This document shows positions 11,335 to 22,700 of a stretch of 64,000 bases of DNA, one piece after another (the first letter of the stretch is position 1; every line of letters begins with the position of its first letter). Source of the DNA: Leucoraja erinacea (lineage: Eukaryota); NCBI RefSeq assembly GCF_028641065.1, contig NC_073393.1, forward strand, positions 29,512,001 to 29,576,000, given 5' to 3'. Under the pieces are notes generated by a model, which saw nothing but the letters and a program-made list of their open reading frames with translations, had not been told where the DNA came from and did not search any database. The position numbers were made by a program, and so were the translations under genes.

Positions 11335-12187
11335 CCCCATCAGCCATCGCAATACAACACATAATCCTCCGAAATTTCCGCCACCTCCAACGGGATCCCA
11401 CCACTAGCCACATTTTCCCATCTCCACCCCCTTCCATCTTCCGCAGAGAACATTCCCTCCGCAACTCCCTGGTTAACTCCTCTCTTCCCACCCAAACCAC
11501 CCCCTCCCCAGGTACCTTCCCTTGCAACCGTAGAGGATGCAACTCCTGTTGCTATACCTCCTTCCTCGACTCTGTCCAGGGACCCTGACAGTCCTTTCAG
11601 GTTAGGCATAGGTTCACTTGCACCTCCTCCAACTTCATCTACTGTATCCGTTGTTCAAGATGTGGACTCTTATACATCGGCGAGACCAAACGCAGACTGG
11701 GCGATCATTTCATGGAACACCTTCGCTCAACCCAGGTGAACCAACCTGATCTCCTGGTTCCTGGAAACTTTCATTCTCCTTCCCATTCTTACACAGACCT
11801 TTCTGTCCTCGGTCTCATCCATTGTCAGTGAGGCTAAATGCAAATTGGAGGAACAGCATCTCATATTTTGCTTGGGCAGCTTACAGTCCAGTGAATATTG
11901 ATTTCTCTCACTTCAGGTAGCCTTTCTCTCTCTATCCCTCCTCCACCTAAGTCGCACTAGCTTCTCATTTCCATCCTACAAACAGTTTACAATGGCCTGT
12001 TTCCTTTATCATCATTACTTTTTTGCATCATTCATTCATTGTTCTTTATCTCTTCACATCACCATCTATATCTCTTGTTTCCCTTATCCCTAACCAGTCT
12101 GAAGAAAGGTCTCGACCCGAAACGTCACCCATTCCTTCTCTGCAGAGATGCTGCCGCTGAGTTACTCCAGCTTTTTATGTCTATCTA
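11335..12187 (+). mobile_element. Penelope-like retroelement 3' fragment (GIY-YIG endonuclease plus terminal repeat)
   Basis: The translation PGTFPCNRRGCNSC...FTCTSSNFIYCIRCSRCGLLYIGETKRRLGDHFMEH is the PLE GIY-YIG domain with its preceding Cys linker; contains stops. Confidence 0.9.
12097..12128 (+). ncRNA. Minimal hammerhead ribozyme-like motif in the Penelope terminal repeat
   Basis: gt-CTGAAGA-a-aggtCTCGaccc-GAAA-cg-TC-ac: conserved core boxes CUGANGA and GAAA, stem II hairpin, palindromic ACGT stem III and GUC triplet. Confidence 0.65.
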
Positions 12188-12829
12188 GAATGACAAGGTT
12201 GGATCTTGTGCATGTAACTGTTGTCAAGTAGAAAACCTGACTGTAAAATAACTAAAGGAAAATGACAGCTACCAAAGTCAGGTCAACACGGGCTTTGCTG
12301 GCTACATAAGCTGCTGCTTCTTGACATTCAAGTCTATTTTTAACAAAAGTGGTAAAAATTAATAACCTTTTAAAAGGTTTCTCTGTATATTATTACAAAT
12401 GCTTCTATACTGAGACACTTCTGAGGAAATCATTGTGAGCAATGCTGCTCTGCACAATAAAAGTTTCTTTATGTAAATAAAATACTTTTGTTTGTTAGTT
12501 TAAATCATTGGCTGTCCTCCAATATCCTCGAAAGTGGATGACAACAAAATTCTGAAACATATGCCACAGAGATATCCAGGAAGGCTGAACACAACAAAAT
12601 AATTATATCAGAGGAGGCAGAAGTTAGACGCATTGCAAAGTACTTTGTACTTCATTCCAAGGAGGTGCTCGGAAAAGGCCATAATGGAAGGCTTTTTCGG
12701 AGATGCTGAATGAATGGAGAAATTAATAAGTAAATTACAACTAGAAAGTTTAAATAACAAAATGAAAATTCAGGAATTACCCAACAGATCTGGAAGGCAA
12801 CTGGAAGGCAAAGTTAACTTTTTATTTTA

Positions 12830-13058
12830 AGGGAACCATCCACTAGAGAGTAGTCCTTTGCTACCATCTATCTCATTGGAGACCCTCGGACTATCTTTAA
12901 TCGGACACTATCTTACACTACACGTTATTCCCCTTATCCTGTATCTGTATATTGTGGATGGCTTGATTGTAATCATGTAATCTTTCCGCTGACTGGATAG
13001 CATGCAACAAAACGCTTTTCACTGTACCTTGACACATGTGGCAATAAACTAAACTAAA
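12830..13058 (+). mobile_element. Rex1/L2-like LINE 3' tail
   Basis: Ends ...tttcactgtaccttgacacatgtggcaataaactaaactaaa. Confidence 0.5.
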
Positions 13059-13467
13059 TAATGTATGATTAGAACTGTTCTGGATGGTGTGTACATAGAA
13101 AATGTGGATTATTTTGTTATTAATTATGTAAAATTTATTAAGTCTTGAATAGCCTTCAAGATATGTGAATTTTTGGAAATATGTTTCATATGTTCGTATC
13201 CCTGCAATAAACAAGCAAATAAAAATAGCACAGGAAAAAATTATAATGCCCCAAGAATCTTCTTCTTATTGAGTCCACACACAAGATTAGAAGTTGTTCA
13301 GCCAATGCTGAACACATTTCTCGGCATCTGCATATAATGATGTCTGTCTTGTCACTTCTTGTGCTTCTTGTGCGTGGTGGTGGAAAGATTGGTGGAAACA
13401 GGGCCGCGACGTGACCGCGCTTTCCTTGATCCCGCCCCAAGAATAAAAATCAATAATCTTCAGAACC

Positions 13468-14150
13468 TTAGATAGACACAAAATGCTGGAGTAACTCAGT
13501 AGGACAAGCAGCATCTCTGGAGCGAAGGAATGGGTGATGTTTCAGGTCGAGACCCTTCTTCAGGCTCAGAGCCAGGGAAGAGGGATACTAGAGATATGGA
13601 GGGGTAAGGTGTGAAAACGATCATCATAACCCTTGTTCTGTTGCCCTTCCAACATTCATATCATCATTATTTTAATGATAGACACAATGCTGGAGTAACT
13701 CAACGAGACCGGCAGCATCTCTGGAGAGAAGGAATGGGTGATGTTTTGGGTCAAGACCCTTCTTCAGGCTGCCGTCTGGGGCGGAGGGAGATAGATAGAT
13801 AAGGTAGTGTGATCAAGGAAATGTAGAATAGATCATTGTTAGCTGGGAGAAGGTAACAACAAAGCAAACAGAGATAAAATGTAGTTGGAGACAGTAAGAC
13901 TAGTTGGAGAACTGGGGGGGGGGGGGGGGAAAGAGAGGAAAAGCGAGGGTTATTTGAAGGTAGAGAAGTCAATGTTCATACCGTTGGGGTGTAAGCTTCC
14001 CAAGCAAAATATGGGGTGTTGTTCCTCCAATTTGTGCTGGGCCTCATCTGACAATGGAGGAGGACCAGGACAGAAAAGTCAATGTGGGAATGGGAAGGGG
14101 AGTTAAAGTGTTTATCAACTGAGACATCAGGTAGGTTCAAGTGGACAGAA
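13468..14150 (-). mobile_element. Two tandem Penelope-like 3' fragments
   Basis: Reverse-complement matches to 11750-12187; terminal repeats at ~13470-13620 and ~13680-13770. Confidence 0.8.
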
Positions 14151-14364
14151 CAGAGGTACGGTTCCACATCATCATTAATTTATTTAGGTGTAAAATTATT
14201 TTATTTAAGTGTAAAGTCCATTGTGATTAGACTATACATGAATGAACTGAAAAAAAACCCCATAAATGGCAGTGGAACTGATAGAATTAATAGAGGGAAA
14301 CTGTTCACATTGTTTAGGAATAAAAAGTCAGGTCTACCCAACTGAAAAATGCAGATACTGGAAA

Positions 14365-14920
14365 TCTATATTACTAAATCTCTGATCTTGACCGCTTTTA
14401 GCCGACTGTGCTGCGATTTCCGAGAGAACGCCGCCACCTATGGCCGTCATTTTTGGCCACCTCGCTCAGAGCCCCCCTCCGCCGTATGAGTGCGGAGGAT
14501 TTTTTCCGTCGATGAAAAGTGAGAGAGATATTAATGTTTTGACAAAACTCCCCATTCTCTCTGCTGCCCCCGCTGGTGGCAAGGGGAGGGTCTATAAACC
14601 CAGGAAGTGGCGTGCCTCACTCAGTCTCTACCAGAACCAGGAAGCGAGAGGGTCACGGCTCTCTGAGCTGGGAATAACACTGAAGGCACGTCTACTCCAT
14701 GGTGAGTCCTCTCGATGCGGCTGTAAAGTGGCTGCAGCCCTTTTTAAAAGTTTGTGTTCACAAAATGAATTTTGGTTGTCGGGTGTCTGCAGCCCAATTG
14801 TTTGCCTCACCTTTTTTTTAACAAGTTTGTGTTCACAAAATGAAATTTGGATGTCGGGTGTCTGCAGTCCAATTGTTTGCCTCGCCTTTTTTTTAACAAG
14901 TTTGTGCTCACAAAATGAAT
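14365..14920 (+). mobile_element. Helitron-like non-autonomous element, 5' part, with internal ~75-bp tandem repeat
   Basis: Begins a|TCTATATTACTAAA (5'-TC after A) and is CpG-rich. Unit aagtttgtgttcacaaaatgaa... occurs ~2.3 times at 14748-14920. The 3' CTAG end is not seen. Confidence 0.5.
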
Positions 14921-15239
14921 TGAATCAAGCACTTGCGCATCTAAACTTTATTTTGACAAAACACAATTACAGTTCCAACTACTGTATCTAACCACTGCGG
15001 GTTCGATCATTGTATCTGCCTGATCAAGCCCTCTTGGCCTCGCTCAAACAGAGACACTCCAGAAGGTCACGGAGTTCTAAGCATTCTCCCATAAGATTGG
15101 CACAGGACCTCGTGGTAGGTCTTTTATAGGTCCCCGGACCTCGGGGGGCCGAACCACATGGGGGTGGTCTCTTTCCAATCCAATTACCGATATCGATTAA
15201 CCCTATACATGACAGACATTTCCCAAACCTAATAATACA
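14921..15239 (-). mobile_element. Probable solo LTR
   Basis: Minus strand reads TG...CA, with ATTGG boxes, TATAAAA (15122-15128) and AATAAA (14947-14952) in LTR order; no TSD seen. Confidence 0.6.
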
Positions 15240-15850
15240 GTGGCTAATACATTGTATTCAAACAGTATTTCTCAGAGGAAACAAACATCGCACCATGTGC
15301 CCTGATATGCAAGCAAACTAGACAAGGCTCAATACTTAATCCAATCAACATCCAGCAAATTAAAGCTTTGCAACATTATGTACAATGTGTCTGTCTGGTT
15401 TGCATTCATCCAATCCATTCGATGCATTTTGCACCTAATTGTCAGGGTCTGCAGATGTTCCCATTATCTTCCTGCAGCTCTGATCTAGGCTCTAGACAAA
15501 CTGCCACCATTCTGCAACTTGTCCCATTTCTACAGAAAGCACTTTTAAATTGACCAAATGGCCTAGCAGCCCAGAAGCTTTTACTCAGTTTTCGGGTCCT
15601 AGCCTCTCCAATTTGGCCAGGATTAACAGTTCTATTGTGTAGACGTTTTATACAGGAGCAGAGAATAATAGTGATGAGATGAATGACTAGACTACAATGG
15701 TTCTCTTTGGAATAAAAGTAAGCTAAGAAGAGATTTATCCATGCTAGATACAATTATGAGAAATCTAAGCATGATGCTAAGGAAGGATCTATTTACTTAC
15801 GTAAGTAAAACCTATGTAACATTGGTTTATTTTGCAATAACATGTATTGA

Positions 15851-16055
15851 AAAGGAACTGCGTCTGCTGGTTTATACTAAAGTTTGACTCAAAATGCTGG
15901 AGTAACTCTGTGAGTCTGGCAACATCTCTAGAGAAAATAGATGGGTGATGTTTCAGGTCAGGTCTGAAGAGAGGACCCGACCAGAAATGTCACCTATCCA
16001 TTTCTCCACTGATCCTGCCTGACCCACCGAGTTACTCCAGCATTTTGTGTCTGCC
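15851..16055. mobile_element. Fold-back Penelope-derived short element
   Basis: Inverted arms caaaatgctggagtaactc / gagttactccagcattttg around a degenerate hammerhead motif at ~15960-15997. Confidence 0.7.
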
Positions 16056-16861
16056 TATAGCTTTTTTACAACTCCGCTGAACGGAATGAAAGAAAAGTGG
16101 TTTGATCCAAAAGAATGGTGGGGGACAGGACCTCACTGCCTGAAAGAATGATAGGCTCAGAAGGCCTCAAACATTTCAAAAGTTCCTGAGTGGGCACTTG
16201 ATGAGCTGTAACCCCTACAGCTATGGACCAAATTCTGGGATCTGGGGAGTATCCTTACTCAGTTTTGGTGGTCAAGGAACTAATTGGTTGAAAACCCTCC
16301 TCCTATGTCGTAAATTTTAATATCTGACCCCTTTGAGGTTTGGGTTACGAGTTATTGGTCATAATTTCCCATGAATGATGCAAAAATGATTTTAAAAAAA
16401 ACTGATGTCTGATACCATGGATCCCTCCTTTGTGACTGCTTCTATAAAAATGGTTTATTTTGAAGACCCAGTAAAAGTGTCTGCCCAATGAAGTATACGA
16501 CTCGACACAAGGATCTGAATGTGATTTCCAAACCACTTCAGATCCTTATCTTCTGACTGAAGTGGATGCCAAAAATGAAGAAACTTTGATGCAATTATAC
16601 TGTAGCTAATGATCTGAGACCAGAGTCTGCTGCTTTCAGTGTGCAATTAGTAAATTCTTGCTGTGGTGCATTCTGACCCAAGTCTAATAACAAAGACGAA
16701 TGATAACAGACCTCCACAGCATGTATTATTTGAAGCATTCACAGAACTCTCCTCCCAGTTTTCATACTAGGGTGGTATAATGTGATATAATTCATTTTCT
16801 CTTGATCTTTTAAAAAAGAACTGCTTTTAAGTTTCATAAACGTTTAAACAGTGTAAGGGTT

Positions 16862-17164
16862 TATGACTTTAGACCTTCGGATCCAGGTCCTTCGGCCCAT
16901 CGAATCCGCACCGACCAGCAATCACCCCGCACAGTAACACTAGCCTACACACACTGGGGACAATTTTACATTTTACCAAAACCAATTAATCTACAAACCT
17001 GTATGTCTTTGGAGTGCAGGAGGAATCCAGAGCACCTGGAGAAGACCCACACGGTCACAGGGAGAACATACAAACTCCATACAGACAGCAGCCGTTGTTA
17101 GGATCGAACCCGGGTCTCTTGTGCCGCAAGGTAGCAACTCTACCGCTGTACCATGGTGCCGCCC
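16862..17164 (-). mobile_element. V-SINE (HE1-like)
   Basis: Full-length reverse copy. Confidence 0.85.
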
Positions 17165-17167
17165 TAA

Positions 17168-17392
17168 TGCCTCTGTCCCACTTAGGAAACCTGAACGGAA
17201 ACCTCTGGAGACTTTGCGCCCCACCCAAGGTTTCCGTGTGGTTCCCGGAGGTTTTTGTCAGTCTCTCTACCTGCTTCCACTACCTGCAACCTCCGGCAAC
17301 CACCTGCAACCTCCGGGAACCGCACGGAAACCTTGGGTGGGGCGCAAAGTCTCCAGAGGTTTCCGTTCAGGTTTCCTAAGTGTGACAGGGCT
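17168..17392. mobile_element. PIF/Harbinger-like MITE
   Basis: ~75-bp near-perfect TIRs (ctgtcccacttaggaaacctgaacggaaacc... / ...ggtttccgttcaggtttcctaagtgtgacag), preceded by TAA. Confidence 0.8.
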
Positions 17393-17604
17393 TTGCAATG
17401 TGACTTTATGCTGGGTTGGAATTATACTGCAGACTGCATAAATTTGAAGTGAATTAAAACACCTGTCTGTTTTGGCACAATGTAGCATAGTAACTTGGAT
17501 CCAATGGATATTTTGTATGAACAAACAAATTATGAAAGTAATTTAACCTGTGTTAGATTGTGATCAGTTATTTCTGGGTGAAATTGACCCTCCTAAACTG
17601 ATGG

Positions 17605-18420
17605 AGCTGTAGAGCACAGAAACAGGACCTTCAGTCCAACTCGACTATGCCAACCCAAGTTGCCAAACCGAGCTAGTTCCACCTACCTATGCCTGGCCCA
17701 TATCACTCCAAACCTTTCCTATCCATGTATCTGACCAAGTATCTCTTAAATGTCACAATTGTACCCAGCATAACCACATCCTCTGGCAGCTTGTTCCATA
17801 TACCCACCACTCTCTGTGTGAAAACGTTGCCCCTCGGGACCCTTTTAAATCTCCCCCCTCTCAATTTAAACCTCTGCCTTCTAGTTTTAGACTCCCCTGC
17901 TCTGGGGAAAAGAATGGCTATTCACCAGTCTTCATCATTTTATATATCTCGACAAGGGCACCATTTAGCTTCCTGCAATCCATGGAAAATAGACCTAGCA
18001 TTATAACTCAAACACCCCAGAACTAGTAACATTCACACTAATTTTCCTATTTAATGGCATCCTTCCTATAGCAAGCCACTAAAACTGTACATAATACTCT
18101 AGATGTTACTGTCATCACAAACTTGCTAAAGCATGATTTCTCACACACAAAGCCATGCTGACTATCCCTAATCAGTCCTTGCCTTTCTAAATGAATGTGA
18201 ATCCAGTCTCTTAGGATCCCCTATACTGGTTTGCTATTGAAGTAAGGCCTCGAGTTTTCCTTGCACCCTTTCTGAAATAAAAGCAGAACAATAGCTATCT
18301 TACAGTCCTCTGGTACCTCATACCTGGCTATTGACAATACAAAAATCTTTGCCAGTAGTCCCTCAATCTCTACTCTAGTTTCCCACTCCATGTCCGTCTG
18401 ATACTGCTTGACCAACTGAG
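17605..18420 (-). mobile_element. Old CR1 LINE fragments
   Basis: CR1 3' end plus a degenerate RT segment (VPEDCKIAIVLLLFQKG). Confidence 0.7.
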
Positions 18421-18599
18421 CTCATCCTACAGATTGTTTGTTGCTCCAGATTCCAGCATCTACCATCTCCATCTGTTCAGTGCAGCAGACAACCTTCACC
18501 GAATAGTCACGGAAATCTTACAACATGCTATCTATGAAAAGATCTCCATTCTCACATTGATCCACCAGTCTCAGTTTTCAGTGCTCCGAATATCTGAAA

Positions 18600-18700
18600 C
18601 CTCAGTCTGAAGAAAGGTCCCAACCTGAGACATCACGTATACATTTTTCTCCAGAGATGCCGCCTGACCTGCTGAGTTACTCCAGCACCTTGTGTCTTTT
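18600..18700 (+). mobile_element. Penelope terminal-repeat fragment
   Basis: gtctgaagaaaggtcccaacctgagacatcac...gagttactccagca. Confidence 0.65.
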
Positions 18701-18919
18701 TCTCTCTAAAACCTCGCCCCTGATTGTTCCATCACAGATTGTCTACTATGCATGCCTCTGCCTACATTCTCACCCCAGTAGTGTGGGAATCACTCATAGT
18801 GCATGACATGACCATGGCAGAAGATTGGTTGAAGGAATTGAAAGTTTACCATGTTATCACATTTTCCTCATTCCCCCTCTCCCCAGAATCTACAGCACAT
18901 CTATACACTAAGAGCAACT

Positions 18920-19365
18920 ACGGTGGCTAACTAACCTACAAATCCACATACCTTTGGGCCATGCAAGGAAACCAGAGCACCTGGAGAAAAAACTACACGC
19001 TCACATGGAGAACATGCAAACTCCACACAGACAAAGAACAGTACAGCACAGGAACGGGCCCTTCAGCCGCCATGTTTGCACCAAACATGAAATTGATTTG
19101 AACTAACCCCTTATCAATCTCTTCCCTGCCTGTTTATATGTCTGTCTAAATGCTTCTTAAATGTTGTTATTTTACCTGCTTCTACCACTTTCTCCGACAT
19201 CATGTTCCAGGCACCTATCATCCTGTGTGTTCAAAAAACTTGCCTCATCAATCTATTCGAACCATTTCCCCGCTCCGCTTAAGCCTATGCCCATTAGTAT
19301 TTGAAATTTCCATCCTCGGAAAAAGTCTCTGACTATCCATAATATCTATGCCCATCATAATTTTA
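18920..19365 (-). mobile_element. Degenerate V-SINE and CR1 3' fragments
   Basis: SINE V-domain at ~18920-19035; CR1 segment (QRLFPRMEISNTNGHRLK) at ~19035-19365. Confidence 0.6.
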
Positions 19366-19562
19366 AATAATAATTTACTGATCTCAGAATCTGAGATCGG
19401 GGGTTGGACCTTGGTCTCTGGAGCTGTCACTGTCTTGCTCCAAATAACTGAACCAAAAGCTTTTGTAATTGCTACTAAATCTCTCCCATATTCCTTGAGG
19501 TTCACAAAACCTCTTTTCTGATGGACGGATACTTTTAGGCTTTACTTTTAGACCCATACATT

Positions 19563-19877
19563 AGGCGCAGCATGGTGGCGTAGCAGTAGAGCTACTGCCT
19601 TACAGCACCAGAGACCCAGGTTCAATCCTGACTATGGGTGTTTGTCTATACGAAGTTTGTACATTCTCACCATGGCCTGCTTGGGTTTTCTCCAAGATCT
19701 TTGGTTTCCTCCCACACTCCAAAGATGCACAGGTTTGTAGATTAACTGACTTGGTATCAAAATGTAAAATTGTCCCTGGTGTGTCTAGGGTAGTGTTCTG
19801 GTCGGTGCAGACTCGGTGGGGCGAAGGGCCTGTTTCCGTGCTGTAACTTTAAAACTAAACACTAGAAAACTAAAACT
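19563..19877 (+). mobile_element. V-SINE (HE1-like)
   Basis: A/B boxes, V-domain and (ctaaa)n tail. Confidence 0.85.
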
Positions 19878-21127
19878 ACTTCCACTGTATCATTATTTGT
19901 GACTGTTGGCTTTCCATTGCGATAGCAATGTTAAAAAGTAATGTGCACTGCAGACATAGTCAAGAATATGCACGCAGCCTCATAGTATGGCCATGGAGAT
20001 AATTCTATGTTAGAAGAGGGAGCAGTCTAGTCTGAATGGAATCAGCTGTTCCTACTTTAGTTGCTTGTTTATTGAAGTTGGAGATATTTTGTAAAACTCA
20101 TAATCCTTAAAGAGTTTGCTCAAGAGAGTAAATAATTGTTAAGAAAAATATACACTTCATATAATAATTGGAAGCCACGACAAGAGGAAAGCACTAATGT
20201 TCCATGCACTTTGCTGTCAGCTGTATTATTTTCTGTGGAAACTACTTATGTAACTGAGTGGAAAGTGACAAATTGAAATGAGAAAAAAATAAAGGCGGCA
20301 AAGAACCAAAAAACACTTATTTGTATCAGTTGGAGGAAGGAGGCTGGTAATGACAACTATTTTGCATGAAACGATCCCAATATTGTCTCCTTGTCTCATA
20401 AAAAGCAAAAACCTTAGAAATATATAGATAAATAATCATTTGAGCAACTGAGTTCAACCACATACTCTCCCTCCCTCTCCTGTGGTTTGGCTTAATAAAA
20501 ATTAAGAGGAAGAAGAAGTTTTTGGTTGAAGGAAAGATGGTTTAATTATGAAGCAACAGCCTTCAAAGTTCTTTACACAAAGTCATTTTGGTCATAAATA
20601 TATAAGTCTGTTCCCTTATTAGCCATTTCCTGCATCCTCTGTAGCAATTGGAACACAAGAAGTCAAACACATAAATTCAACCCAAGATTTTATTTATTTT
20701 ACCCATAAATTCTGCATGGTCCTTTCACAAGCGACATAAGGAAAATATATTAAACTTTGTTGTCCAATTTTATAATTGGTTTTATGACGTTAATGTCACA
20801 TTGACCAACCTTAAGGTTGGGAAGTCTATTAAACAAATAACATTTTTATATTACAAATTATGCTTTATTTTACATTAATTATCATTGGATAATAATATCA
20901 AGAGTGAGGCTGGATACTTAGAATTGAACTTATGCTAGTTTATGGCATAAAAACAAAGATTTTACCTGTAGTTAAGCCAATAACACTATTTCACTCAGCT
21001 AAGGTCATTCAAGAAGCCAGTATATACGGTCTTTGTTCATACTGCTTTTTCTGATAGATTGCTGTGTATTGTACATTTTAATACCATCTATTCCACAGTA
21101 TTATTTAATTGGTGGAAAACTGCATTG

Positions 21128-21371
21128 ACCAAGTCCGCGCAAACCAGTGACCCCCGTACACTAGCACTATCCACATGCTAGGAACAATTTACAGTTTAGA
21201 CAATAAATCTACAAACATTGTTTTGTGGGAGAAAACCGGAGCACCAGGAAAAAACCCACATGGTTACAGAGAGAACATACAAACTGTACAGTCTGCACCC
21301 ATAGTCAAGATCAATCCCGGGTCTCTGACACTGTAAGGCAGCAACTTTACCACTACGCCACTGTGCCGCCT
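21128..21371 (-). mobile_element. V-SINE (HE1-like)
   Basis: Reverse copy with the tRNA head at the right end. Confidence 0.8.
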
Positions 21372-22090
21372 TAACGAGGGGAACAGAAAATTATGAAATT
21401 GACTATATAATTTCAAGTCCATTCTGTTAATATTTGCCATGCGGAGTATTAGTAGCTATGATAGCTACAGTTATTTGATTTCTTGGTGCTCAGAATTTTT
21501 GGGGGGGTATTTTATATAATTTTTGATCAGTGATTTAGCATGAATTACTCCTCTGAATAACTTGTAGCAATTAATTTTCATTTCCCATGTTGTAATATGC
21601 TTTTGTTAAACGTTTAAAACGTAAATTTGGAGAACTTTAATTATCTGACATTTTCCATTATGCTTTAGAGTCCATTTTGACATACAGTAGCAATTACACT
21701 ATATGCTACTACCAAAACTGGTTTTCCCATAGACAGTAAACATCACCAAGGAAATCAATTTATCTGGTCATTTTAACATTGCTATTTCTGGGAACTTGCT
21801 AAAAATGTTGGCTGAACATCCTACATTACATTAGTGATTACACTTAAGAAATATGTGATATGTTGTCAACTGCTTTGGGACATATTGGGAACCTGAAATG
21901 TGCTCCATAAATGCATTCTTTCTGTGTGATGAAACTTCACTGCATTGGAGAATCAACAAATCAACATGTGAAATAGAGAATGGAAATGCTTTCACATCAG
22001 TTTCTGACCTTTGTTTTACCTACTATTCTTTACATAAATCCACAAGAGTGAACTCAGAAAAAGGATTGTGATTTCCATATTGATGATATA

Positions 22091-22372
22091 GGGGCGGCAT
22101 AGTGGCATTGCGATAGAGTTGCTGCCTTACAGCGCCAGAGACCTGGGTTCAAGCCTGATTATGGGTGCTATCTGTATGGAGTTTGCATGTTCTCCCTGTG
22201 ACCACATGGGTTTCCTCCAGGTGCTCCGGTTTCCTCCCTCATTCCAAAGTCGTGCAGGTTTGTAGGTTAATTGGCTGTCCCTAGATCGAACTATTGTATG
22301 GATGATTGTTGGTCAGTGTCGACTCAGTAGGTCGAATGGCCGGTTTCCACACTGTATCTCTAAAAAACTAAC
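22091..22372 (+). mobile_element. V-SINE (HE1-like)
   Basis: A/B boxes, V-domain and tail. Confidence 0.85.
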
Positions 22373-22584
22373 ATATAAACAAATGATATTTACATCAATA
22401 AAATCAATGGTACATATAACTTATAGGAACGACAAGGGAGTCAAATGGTACGGGGGAGTGGCAGGATTGAATCAGCCATAATCTTATTGTATGCACAGCA
22501 GACCCAAAGGGCCTATTGGCCGATCTGTTCCTGTTTTTTTGGATAGGTATCAAACACATAATAACATTGAACAAAATGTAGACC

Positions 22585-22700
22585 CAAGGAATCCGCAGAT
22601 AATGGTTTACTAAAAAAATGACATAGTGCTGGAGTAACTCAGCGAATCAGACAGCATCTCAAGAGAACAAGGATTTGCGACATTTTGGGTCGATGCCCTT
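22585..22700 (-). mobile_element. Penelope terminal-repeat fragment
   Basis: aaggaatccgcagat...gctggagtaactcagcg...cagcatctc. Confidence 0.55.

Noticed and set aside
14440-14991. 183-aa ORF with repeated SLCSQNE
   Set aside because: Produced by a 75-bp tandem repeat inside a transposon.
20805-20835. Minus-strand NRLPNLK resembling MTHFSD HRIPNFK
   Set aside because: In-frame stop a few codons upstream and no further similarity.
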